This document shows positions 48,793-59,536 of a stretch of DNA of 64,000 nt, in pieces. The position numbers and the translations under genes are program-made. The notes below the pieces were generated by a model that worked only from the letters and a program-made list of their open reading frames with translations, was not told the DNA's origin and searched no databases. The number at the start of each line of letters is the position of its first letter. Position 1 is the first letter of the stretch. Source of the DNA: Alloascoidea hylecoeti (lineage: Eukaryota); the NCBI GenBank assembly GCA_001600815.1, contig BCKZ01000001.1:788613-852612 (forward strand), written 5' to 3'.

Positions 48793-49699
48793 CAATATCT
48801 AATACTAATTACAGTATATATATTTCTAGTAACAAAAATCTGTTACTTAAAAGATGATATTATTCGTTTTGTATTTGAGAAAGAAACAAAAGGGACTTCT
48901 GAATTGGGGCTACATGAAACACTAAGTAATTAATGATATGTAAGCCCAGATGAAGGTAATCTTAGATGGATTGTGTTGATTAAGACACATAGGAATCAAA
49001 TATTACCGCAATTATATGTTAGATCCAATTAAGTAAAAAAATAAACTGAGTTATGTAGAAACGAAAATGTCAGATGTTGTTGATATAGGATTTCACTTCC
49101 TCACGCATTTTACATTCTTTTCTTATATGGTGTGTCTCACTGAAAATAACATCCCCAATTGCGGAAAATGTGACCACACCAACAAAATCCCTTCAATTAT
49201 ATATTAAAGATGATAAAAGGTAGATGAATGGCTTATCTAAATCCTTTTGTTTCTGATTAATTTTCACTTCTCTGTCAAATTATTTGTCCCTATTTATTAA
49301 CTATGCTAGTACCCCAGATTTCGCGGCCATACAAATAGGGCGCACGTTTTTATAATTACGTGAATAAAGTGCATAACGAAGCTTACTTTATCCAGATGAA
49401 TGCATGCATATGTATGCTGATATATTTCCTTATGGCGTAGTATGTACAGAAGCATACATACTTTTTGGAGGACCAAAATTTAGCGCCGAGAAAAATATTC
49501 TTCATTTTCAGTGGGGCACCATAAATATTATTGATTTAAACACCATAATATCGTTAAAAATTTCCTTACAATTTTAGAGAACATTATTAAGTATCCAAAA
49601 GCATTTATCCACCAGCATTTATATCGTTTCAGCTGGTAAAGAGATATCATTATTCTTCTTGAGATAGCAACATAGAATTCTCACGATGTGTGATACCTA

Positions 49700-50000
49700 C
49701 GATTAAACTTACAGAGCATAGTCAGACAGTAAATCGAGTCTTTACTCTCCTTGTCACATGATAACCCATACAAAAATGTCGTATAGTTATTCCAAACGTA
49801 TGTTTTTCACCTCGGGCTGAATAAGGAAACATCCATAGATCTATGGTAAATATATTAAAACATGAATTTCTCGATATCCTTTCAATACTAATTTTGAAAA
49901 TCGGATATGATAAATATTGATGGAATAGGGTAGGTTACTAGGCTCGTGACAAACTGTCAGCAGAAATGCATTATAAAAAACATAATTTGGACCTCACACC
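49700..50000 (-). pseudogene. Heavily decayed pogo/Fot1 transposase fragment
   Basis: Minus strand *CISADS and RSMDVSLFSPR*KTY resemble ECISA.G and QPLDV..FSPLK..Y. Confidence 0.5.
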
Positions 50001-50862
50001 AAAAATGAAGATATTTACTACAGTATGTGTACAAATAACTGTAAAATTTTCTTAAAAATGGATACCTCAAAAGTCTGCCAAAAGCTTCTTTTAAAAAAAT
50101 TGGTTATAAGAAAGATTGAGATGAGGGAATGTGTGTAGACTACATGTGACATAAGATTTTCGAGAATGGGTGGAGAAAAATGGATGAGTAGTGTTGATTT
50201 CTTAATTATAAACTACTCTTTAATTATTTTTGATTACCATATCAGCTTAAGAATATTAAGGAAATTATCTTTTCTCATAGCTACTATTTTTCCATAGCTT
50301 GAAATACAATTGCAATGATGTCAGCCCCACCACTCACGATAATTGATTCTCCTGCCGCTGTCATTAGTTTCTTTATAAGCTTAAAAATGGAGATCAGTAG
50401 TTATATTTTAATTCTTACTGGATATTACCTAACTAATATCATATGTAGATACGTACTCTTACAATTTTATAGATTTAATCATTGAGATTAAACTCATAAA
50501 TGACTTGTGACAACAAATCACTTTTATCTATTTTAGGACAATTAATATTGAAATTTTATATTCCTGTAAAGTTGCAATACGTATATTTTTATATCTGCAC
50601 TAATCATTAATAATAGAAAAATTCTAAACTCTACTTCGAATAATTTTTAAGAGATCTTCGAGTACCGTGGTAGATATATGAGTGAGTTAATAAAGCTTGC
50701 TGTGTCCTCTTTATATTATTTGTTTATATTAGATATTTTATTTTTTTTACAATTTTTCCAACAACGCTGCCTAAACTTCTTTTAATTAAAATCTTGCTGG
50801 ATTAACATCGTTCAAGTAAATCCTCATATAAAATGATTTTTTCACAAACTTTTTGGTTTCTT

Positions 50863-51057
50863 CTACTTCTTTTTCCTGCCTAAACTCCACGAACTTTGAT
50901 AACAATTCATAATCTTGGGATTAAGAAGATGAATTCCATTTATTGCAAAGCCGGACCAAATAATTTTAGCGGTTATAGCTTCAGTGCTTGCCTTCTGGTA
51001 TATTATAATAAAGTGTTTTGAGGCCGGTCGAGGGTGTTGATAATATCGCTGATACAT
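50863..51057 (-). pseudogene. pogo/Fot1 transposase C-terminal fragment
   Basis: FIIIYQKASTEAITAKIIWSGFAINGIHLLNP matches the F...Y..AR..A.T..NI.SGF...GI.P.NP pattern. Confidence 0.6.
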
Positions 51058-52023
51058 CTACTAAACCTTTATCTAAGATTCTATTATATAAAAATCTAGA
51101 AAACATTTTATAATCGAATAACTGGATACTATTTATTATAAATCTTGAGAAACTATGATACTTTTTATTTTAAACAGCTCAATTTTATTTTATTTTTTTA
51201 ACTGATTTCATTAATTGATTCAGAGTCTTTTCGAAGGGCTTAAATGTCTATTGAATTTATCAAGAACAACCAAATGTTTAATTTTAAATTAATTTTTTGT
51301 CGGACCAATTGTTTATAAAATTTTGTTATTCACAATATACAAGTAATAAAGCCATAATATAATTAAGATGGAAGGATATCTTAATCTTCATGATCAGTTG
51401 AATAGGATTTAAAATTCATTCGTATTTTTTCCCCAACCAACCCCCTTACGGAAACCAGAACTTTTTTGCAAATTAAATTTATCTTTGTGTATAAATTATA
51501 CATGTAATACATGTATATAAGATACTTATCATGATGATACTGATCATGAGTATTAGTGACTCGAGCGAGTTATGGTCGTTTATTCTTTTTCAGACCTTAT
51601 TACTAAAAATAAGAAACAATGAACTATAATGAAAACATTTTGTGTATCAGAAATGACAGATCCAAAATATAAATGAACTAAAAAATATATTTGTTTTTGA
51701 CTGCTTAATACTTATAGGTTTTCCCACGAGCTCGCTGATTCTTTTTTGGATTCTTTTTGAAGCTTGAGATTTTACTGTTCTTATTTTCTACTTATTTATA
51801 CTAAATTTAAATGGGGTTTGTCAATATAATGATGTCTATTAGGTTTCAAACTCCGGTACATATTGGTTTATGATACTACGTATTATATCTGATTTGCGCC
51901 TATTGACCGGGGCCAATACTATTTCCCAGGGAAAGAGTAAAGGCGTATAGCAGATTAAGACTTGTCTTCTCTTCTGACTGATCCAAGGATGATTAAATAC
52001 AACTAAAATTATAATTTATAAAT

Positions 52024-52348
52024 TGTGTTGATAGAAATTGAGTTGTGGAAAAGATTTCTAACAGCAGTGAAAGCTTTTCGAATTTGTAGGACTGTAGGAC
52101 ATCTAGACTGTACGGTGACGCAAGGACAGGTGTAGGCTAAGATTAATGATAAAGGATAAGCTCACGAAGAAAATTACCATAGCGATAAGGATGAACAAAT
52201 CGGACGCACTGCTGACATTGCTGACTCTGTTGAGACTAGAGATATTGAATCCTCATCTATAAAAAGAAGGACAATTCTTCATAAATAACTACTCTACTCT
52301 ATCCTTGCGTATTGCACATGACAAATTAATATACTTTATATAATACCA
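52024..52348 (+). mobile_element. Possible solo LTR
   Basis: TG(TG)TTG start, CA end, about 325 bp, internal TATAAAAAG followed by a pyrimidine-rich tract; no target-site duplication found. Confidence 0.3.
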
Positions 52349-53000
52349 TTATCACTATGATTCATGCTATTAATTATGTCATTTCCAGGTAGAAGTTTAT
52401 ATTTTTTAAATTTTCTTCTTTGAGAAATTTGAGAAATTTTGAAAAAATATATTTTGATTCATGTATGCTGAATCTTTTTTGCTGAATCTTTTTTGCTGTT
52501 GTTAATAATGTTTAGGTGAACATATAATATTTAAATATTACTCCATCAAAAATGTTTGTTATCACTACATTATGACATTTTCTAGTAGATTTACATGTAA
52601 TTTTTCTTCGAATTTAGAAATTTTTGAAAAATGTCTTGATTTATGTACGGTATTACTCTTTGGGATAATATATAAATTTATATAATATTACTCCATCGAA
52701 AAAGATTGTTATTAATATTTAGTATAGTATTTATTTAAAATCACTTCATCAAAAAGATTGTAGATGCTATCACTTCACGCGTATACGTAGGTTTATAAAT
52801 GTTTAATTAGAAAATTTTGGAAATATGTCTTCATTTATGCATGTTGTGTTAATGTTTAGATGAACCTATAATATTTATATAAGATATCATTCTACCATAA
52901 AAGATTGTTATCACTACATCATATATGCTTATTAATTATGAAATATTCTAGCAACGTTATATTTGTTTAATTTTTTGAACTTTTAGAAAATTTTGAACAA
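52349..53000. repeat. Degenerate tandem repeat, about 3.5 units of 175-195 bp
   Basis: AGAAA(A/T)TTTTG-like blocks near 52432, 52616, 52809, 52985; TTACTCCATC / AAAGATTGTTATCACTACAT blocks recur with the same period. Confidence 0.8.
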
Positions 53001-53666
53001 ACACTGATATAAGCTTTTGTTAGGTGTACACAGGGTAGAGAGATATTTTTATATGATGGTATTACATGTGTATAGACTATAATTTAGGACTATATCGTTT
53101 TTTGTGGGATATGATCATGAGGGATCAGCCTCTAATTTTTAGGTAAGGATCCAGACCTAGAATTGTCTAGCAATGTATTCGTAAACCCGAACCTTAAACT
53201 CACTTCGTTCTTGCGTCATTGTGTCATCTTAATCCGATTATTGAGTATTAGAGTTTACAGGTGAACTTCATGTATTTTCTTTAGTTCATTTATTTATAAA
53301 TATCAAATCAACTATATTTACTTGGTGTTACACCACTCAAGCTTTGAAAAAATAAAGGATGTGGTCATTGTGGATATAAGAATTAGAAATTTTCAATTAA
53401 AAATGTTGACTTGTTGACTCCGATAAGGTCCGAACCTAATTAAAATAAAAATAAATAAATAGGAACTAGAATCAGTTTATTTAAAAAAAGCAGGAACCCT
53501 TCTTCACTCTCTTCCCTGTTTCCGCCCAATTGCCACATTCCTGCAAGAGTTCCAAAAAGGCAACAGTATTAAAGCATATAAATATTAATTTTCAATTGCT
53601 TATAAACGGCATATTCGGTAAATCCCTCTTCTCCGATTAATTTTTTTTTGGTCCACTTCAACCACA

Positions 53667-54827
53667 ATGAGTCTGACGATTGCACACTTGTCCAATACCC
53701 AGGCTGTCCATTCACAACTCTTATATGCGGCGACTGCTACTGTCACCAACCCAATAATGAGAATACAGGCTTCTGCTGCCGCTGAAGCTGCTTACTCACA
53801 AGCTTTGGAAAACTACTATGACAATATAAACATTTATGGCATGACACCCGACTTTGGGGGTAATCTGGCAATGGCAGTTATTATGGGGATATTTTGGGTA
53901 GCCCAGACTACCCTGATGATCTGGTATAAGCAGTGGTGGTTTGGAATTGCCTTTTGGATTGGATGTGGGCTCGAGTTTGCTGGTTATATAGGAAGAACAT
54001 TAAGCAGTAAAGATGTTTCTAATATTGACGACTTTCTTCTCCAAATTATCACTTTAACCTTAGCTCCAGCTTTCATCACTGCTGGAATATACTTCATGCT
54101 TGCAAAATTAACTGTTGTATATGGTGAAAAATACTCAAAACTTCGCCCAATGACATACTCCAAAATATTTATTGTATGTGATTTGACCTCAATTGTGATT
54201 CAAGCAGCAGGTGGTGGTTTGGCTGCGACGGCTTTGGCGGACGGCAGAGATTCAACCCCTGGAACACATGTCATGGTTGCTGGGATTGCTTTTCAGGTTT
54301 TTTCAATCACTTTATTCTTGTACTTTGTTTTGGATTTTTTTATCCACCTTAGGCATGGTTTTGTAAAAGGTGGTAAAAATGATGTCATTTTTGAGGAAGA
54401 GTACGCTGATTTAAGAAAAACAAGATTATTCAAATACTTTCCTATCAGTATCTTAGCTGCAACTATTTTTATCTATATTCGATCTATCTATAGAGTGGCT
54501 GAACTTGCGGAAGGTTGGAGAGGACATTTAATACTTACAGAAGATTACTTTTTTATATTAGACGCTCTAATGATGGGTCTAGCTATTTTTATTCTGACTC
54601 TTCATCATCCAGGTTTTGTATTCAGACATAGAGATATACCGCTGAAAACAAAGTCGGCCTTCAAAGGTAAGGGAGATGCTGATAAGATTACAGATGAAGA
54701 AGCAAATCCAGGCCTAAAAGATTATGATACCTATAATGGTAAATTTCATTCACGAACACCGAGTTCCGATGATTTAACAGACCATAATGTAATAATCAAT
54801 GCAGAAGAAGAGAAAACAGACCATTGA
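53667..54827 (+). CDS. RTA1/RSB1-family seven-TM lipid-translocating exporter
   Basis: GCGLEFAGYIGR, LAPAFITAGIY, CDLTSIVIQAAGGG, IRSIYRVAELAEGW.G, E.YFFILD, HPG. Confidence 0.92.
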   Translation: MSLTIAHLSNTQAVHSQLLYAATATVTNPIMRIQASAAAEAAYSQALENYYDNINIYGMTPDFGGNLAMAVIMGIFWVAQTTLMIWYKQWWFGIAFWIGCGLEFAGYIGRTLSSKDVSNIDDFLLQIITLTLAPAFITAGIYFMLAKLTVVYGEKYSKLRPMTYSKIFIVCDLTSIVIQAAGGGLAATALADGRDSTPGTHVMVAGIAFQVFSITLFLYFVLDFFIHLRHGFVKGGKNDVIFEEEYADLRKTRLFKYFPISILAATIFIYIRSIYRVAELAEGWRGHLILTEDYFFILDALMMGLAIFILTLHHPGFVFRHRDIPLKTKSAFKGKGDADKITDEEANPGLKDYDTYNGKFHSRTPSSDDLTDHNVIINAEEEKTDH

Positions 54828-55249
54828 TCACTATTCTCCTATAATTGAATAAAATTTATATTACATGTTAATATCACACAGCATAGATATTGGCTCTTTG
54901 GATCTTGACTATAGCTAATGATGTTTCAATCATTTTGGTGTTCTGTTTATTTACTTTCATTTTTTTGCATATATGTTTTTTTAAGTGTTAACCTTATAGA
55001 TAAAATAAAATTGTTAATTGAAGATTGTTACGAAACTTGAAGCTGAAAATGCTAAAAATCTGGACGATGTTATTTATATTATGAAAAATAATAATATGTG
55101 AATAATTCGAAGCGTAGAATGATTATAATTATATAAAGGATGTCTATAGGCATATAAATATCTAGCAGTTATATGTTTGAAATATACATTATTAATCTTC
55201 TGCCAATTAGAGCTAATATATGATGGTCATCACTTTTATCGTATACACC

Positions 55250-55900
55250 TGGTATTACACCGTCCTCTAGATCTGGAGAAATAGTGTTTCGTAACAATTC
55301 ATTTTTCCACTCCCCAGGAAGTTACATATAACTTATATGTTTACAATGTATTAACTCAAATATATAAGCCTCACTTCAATTAAAAAACTGTAGAAAGATT
55401 CTTGATGGGTGAATCAAACCCCATACATAGCATCTTCTTCACTAGAGCCGATGAGAAATGGAGCTACACAGTATGCGAAACGTGATATTTCTGATAAATC
55501 AACACCCCACACTATGTTCTTCAGGCTATTAAAGGGTCAAAACTCCTTTATTTTGAGTACAGAACTGCATGGAAGAAAGCGTATGAATGAATCTAGGTCC
55601 GCTTGGCACTTGGCACATTTGACGTTTGCTGACGGTGATTTGTGGTTGGCAAATATATCAGGAAACAATCTGCCGCTAAACAACGGGGAAAAGTGCTTCG
55701 GCTCATCGGGAACTTTGACAATGATTTTAAAGACAAGCTAATCTTTATGTAAGATAATGTTCCTGTTAATAAAGATGCTGTTATGATGTCCTGGGTTGAA
55801 GGGGAGGGATCCGGTGTTCATCTACAAAAATGAATCAGCCTTGATAAAGCTACCGGAAAGCAAAAAAGGAAGATAGAACAGCTTCAGGAATAAACTAGAC
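55250..55900 (+). pseudogene. Decayed Tc1-type transposase fragment
   Basis: LIFM*DNVPVNK..VMMSWVE starting at 55738 resembles FMQDNAP.HK....W; the frame is full of stops. Confidence 0.45.
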
Positions 55901-56298
55901 GGTCTCTCAACAGTATTGACTCAAATTTCTACTCCGATATTGCATCTCGATTCTCGGATACCGAAGGTAGTAGATAATCTATTAAAAAACGGTGGTAGCC
56001 ATGTGGTAGGATGAGTCGTGAATGTCAATTTAATATTCTAGAAACGATATAATTAGAGATCTGGGTCCGGATCTTTCTTCTCTTCCGTATAAAGTATTTT
56101 CTTACTTTAATAAAATTGTTTGCTACTCATGATAAAGTTTTAATAATGCAAGTAATAAATTAAATGAAATGGTGATAATTATATACATATCTAAATATAT
56201 CAGTTAAATATCATAAAGTACAGAGATAATAAGGATGTAATTATTGATATTTCAAACCAGTTGATATTGAATTTATTTTTAGAGCTTCACATTAATAT

Positions 56299-57834
56299 TT
56301 ATATCTTTTTGTCGTCTGATTTATTAGATTCGTGATTATCAGCCTCTAACTCCACTTCAACTGTAACCTCTCTAAGACCATAGACATGGTCTGTAAGGTC
56401 GGTTTTAATTTTGGTAGAAATCTCAATAATATCGTTAGCTGTAATCACATTTTCCCACTTATTTGGTGGGAGAATAATACTAATATTTGAAGTGATTGTT
56501 GGACCAGCTCCAAAAACAACCAGTTTTTTAAGTTCAGCAACTTGATGCTTGTCTCTATTTAACGACTCCAAGGATTTTTCAAGAACAATGGAAACACCTT
56601 GGTATCGTTCATCATTTTTATCTAATGCCCTATCAATAATTTCTAAAAAAGATGATTTTATTCCAGTAAATCCAGCCTGGAAAACCATTGTGGAAACAAT
56701 TAACCCTCCAACGGCATCTAACCAATTAACACCAAAGACATAACTTCCAGATATTGTTAGAACAGCAACAACGGCAGTTAGACTGTCCACTCTATGATGC
56801 CAGGCATTTGCAACTAGAATACTGGATCGTGTTTCCTTTCCAATCTTTAATGTTTTCCGAAACAAAAGTTCTTTTACAAATATTGAAGCAAGTGCAATCC
56901 ATGCAGCATTGAGATCAACAGGTGCCTCTGGTCCTGAAACTTTAGCTATTGCTGTATGAGAATGAGTTTGAAAAAGATGAAGTAGTGTGTCTATCACACC
57001 AGTTGGTATTAAAGGTTCAATAATTGTGATGACACTACTATACCCGATACCAAGACCAGCTACAACCAATAAACCTGATACACAAGCCGCTCCGAGAGAT
57101 TCCACTTTTCCATATCCACGAGGGTAAAGTGCTGACTTGGGCTTCGAGGTAATCTTCACTGTAGAAAGGGTTAAAATATCCGAGAATAAGTCAGATATTG
57201 CATGAACCGCATCAGCTATTAAAGCTTGTGAATGGAAAACCACTCCGCCAATACCTTTTGAAAGTACCATTCCAATATTGACAAAAAGTCCTATCCATGT
57301 GATCTGTAAACTTGCCTTATTACCGGCTGCTTCCTTAGCTAACAGAGCCGCTGAATTTGTATGTGAATGGGAATGGCCCAATAATGAATGTTTATGACTT
57401 TGAGAATGTGTATGTGTATGAGTAGACAGTTCGCTTGAGTGGGAAGCAGAGTGTGACTCCGTAATATTAGTGGCAGCATGTGTTGTAGATTTTGTTATAG
57501 CATGTGTTTCAATTATTGGAGGTTTCTTCTGGTCTTTTTGTTTGGTATGAGAGGTTGATAAGAACCTTGTAGTCCACTTGAAGTTTTTCCCATATCCACG
57601 AGGTACTAAACAATTGTTAGGAATGGGATACGAACATCCAAAACTTGGTGCTTTTGAAATCTGACTCGTTGATGTGCCTAATAGTTGACAATAGTTACTG
57701 CTAAGCGATACTACGGGCCTGGCGCCGTTATATCCGATTATTCCAGTAAATATCTCTGATGTGCGCGGATATAATCCTTTAGCGATATTAACCAATTTTG
57801 TTGATCCATACCTTATCATCAATATCTGAGTCAT
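56299..57834 (-). CDS. Mitochondrial cation-diffusion-facilitator metal (iron) transporter, MMT1/MMT2 family
   Basis: N-terminal presequence-like region, His-rich HTHTHSQSH, ITWIGL..N, ADAVHAISD, YP.GYGK.E, ANAWHHRVDS. Confidence 0.92.
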   Translation of the reverse strand: MTQILMIRYGSTKLVNIAKGLYPRTSEIFTGIIGYNGARPVVSLSSNYCQLLGTSTSQISKAPSFGCSYPIPNNCLVPRGYGKNFKWTTRFLSTSHTKQKDQKKPPIIETHAITKSTTHAATNITESHSASHSSELSTHTHTHSQSHKHSLLGHSHSHTNSAALLAKEAAGNKASLQITWIGLFVNIGMVLSKGIGGVVFHSQALIADAVHAISDLFSDILTLSTVKITSKPKSALYPRGYGKVESLGAACVSGLLVVAGLGIGYSSVITIIEPLIPTGVIDTLLHLFQTHSHTAIAKVSGPEAPVDLNAAWIALASIFVKELLFRKTLKIGKETRSSILVANAWHHRVDSLTAVVAVLTISGSYVFGVNWLDAVGGLIVSTMVFQAGFTGIKSSFLEIIDRALDKNDERYQGVSIVLEKSLESLNRDKHQVAELKKLVVFGAGPTITSNISIILPPNKWENVITANDIIEISTKIKTDLTDHVYGLREVTVEVELEADNHESNKSDDKKI

Positions 57835-58075
57835 TTCTATGAGAGATCACTGATCAGGCTTGTTTCGTAGAAGAACTATTGGAATCAAGAAATTTCAGTG
57901 GAGTTAACAACCGGAAGACAGTATGGCCGGGTATTGTATGGAAAATAAAAAAAATATGAAAAAGTCAAGAAGTGTTAATATTTTTGTGAACATGAGTTTT
58001 CTCCAGCATGTACACAATAAAGAAACAAACTCTTAAAGCATATAAACTTTGAACAGAAATTTCCTCACGATCATG

Positions 58076-58487
58076 GTAAGGTAGTGAGGAGTACTTACAG
58101 TCGTATATGTCGTTTATGTCGTTTACATCGTTTAAAACTGGTTTAATTCAGGTGAACTTTCTTTTTTAATGAGGAAAAATATCTGATTAAGTTATCAGAT
58201 TGATCAGTCGTTATAGTAATATTAAATCTTAAAAGACTCAACCTGTTATATTGGAATTTGGGCTACTCTTTTTTCAGTTTCGGTTAAGTCATTGTTGAGT
58301 CCGAAGATTAATATTCCTTGTAAGCTTGACCAATTGAGATCCAGTTCTACATTATATTAATATTAATAGTAGCTATATCAAGCATTATAATATAAAACTT
58401 ACTGTTAAGTTCTCCATAGATATAGTAATACTCAGTATCATTTGAGTCATTTTATGGGCATATATATTAACTAATATGTAATTACAG
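58076..58487 (+). ncRNA. Hairpin-rich intron of an apparently non-coding transcript; candidate intron-hosted H/ACA snoRNA (about 58230-58465)
   Basis: GTAAGG donor, ACTAAT branch, CAG acceptor; GACUCAAC/GUUGAGUC stem followed by H-box AGAUUA (58305-58310); last hairpin followed by AUA. Confidence 0.4.
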
Positions 58488-59536
58488 ATTTAAAATTGCA
58501 ATTGAAACATATAATCAGTTAATGTTATACTTATAATAACAATATAAGAATATGTATTAATATTAAACCTGGGTAACTAAAAAAGGTATAACGCAGATCT
58601 AGAGAAAGATTCATCGTAATCATTCAAAAGTGACACGTGAAATATAATAAATACGTCATCTCATACACAAATTACCTAATGTCTTGGAAACAAGTGTACT
58701 GATTTTATCAGTAAAGTTTACCTTCGAATTATCGCAATTGCTAAGTGGTGTGTGAGAGGGATTAATTTAATATTGATCATCATTCGAAAACATATGCATA
58801 TTTCGCATCAGAAGCCACTCCCTGCAAGGATAAGCGCTAGCCGACCTTTGATCACATCTCAGGAAATTTCATACAACATATAAACTTTACATGCTACTTA
58901 AATCAGAATGACTATGGTAAACGGAGCCGATTCGGAGGATTGTTAGAGCGAAGCTCAAGATTTATGAGGGGTGACAAAATATTAACAATATTATATTTAT
59001 ATTTGTCCAAAAAAGAAAATAAAGGTGCTTGTTCTTAATATTAATTAATAAAGCCAGAGTTAATTTTATATAATTTCCAATGAAGTATTAATATTATGGA
59101 CCTATGAAGAATATAACTATTCTAGAGAAAGGGAATAAAGCTTTACAGTTGTCACAATATTAATATTAATCATAACCGCAATTTGGATATAGTTATAGTG
59201 AACAAAGACTAATTATAAGAGTAGGCATAAACGTTGAAATAATGCCTTGAACATTATTTTAACGAGTTATACGGACCGTAAAACGTCACTAAATAAAATC
59301 AATCTTAGCTGATAGAGCTAAAATAAATACACCTCGAAGGCAAAGTAAACAACAGAAGTTCACGAATTGCTACCTGTCTAAGGTGACAATTTTGTGCATT
59401 TGCAGAATATTACTGCTTCATGCCGTCGAATAGTTAGAACATTTACAAAGTTGAGGGTATTGACTTATCATCATCTATATATATATTGAAGATTTGTTAA
59501 AACGTTAAAGTATATATACAGTTAAAAGAACATGAT

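Noticed and set aside
55409..55741. 110-aa plus-strand ORF
   Set aside because: GTG start, no motif; overlaps a probable Tc1 relic in another frame.
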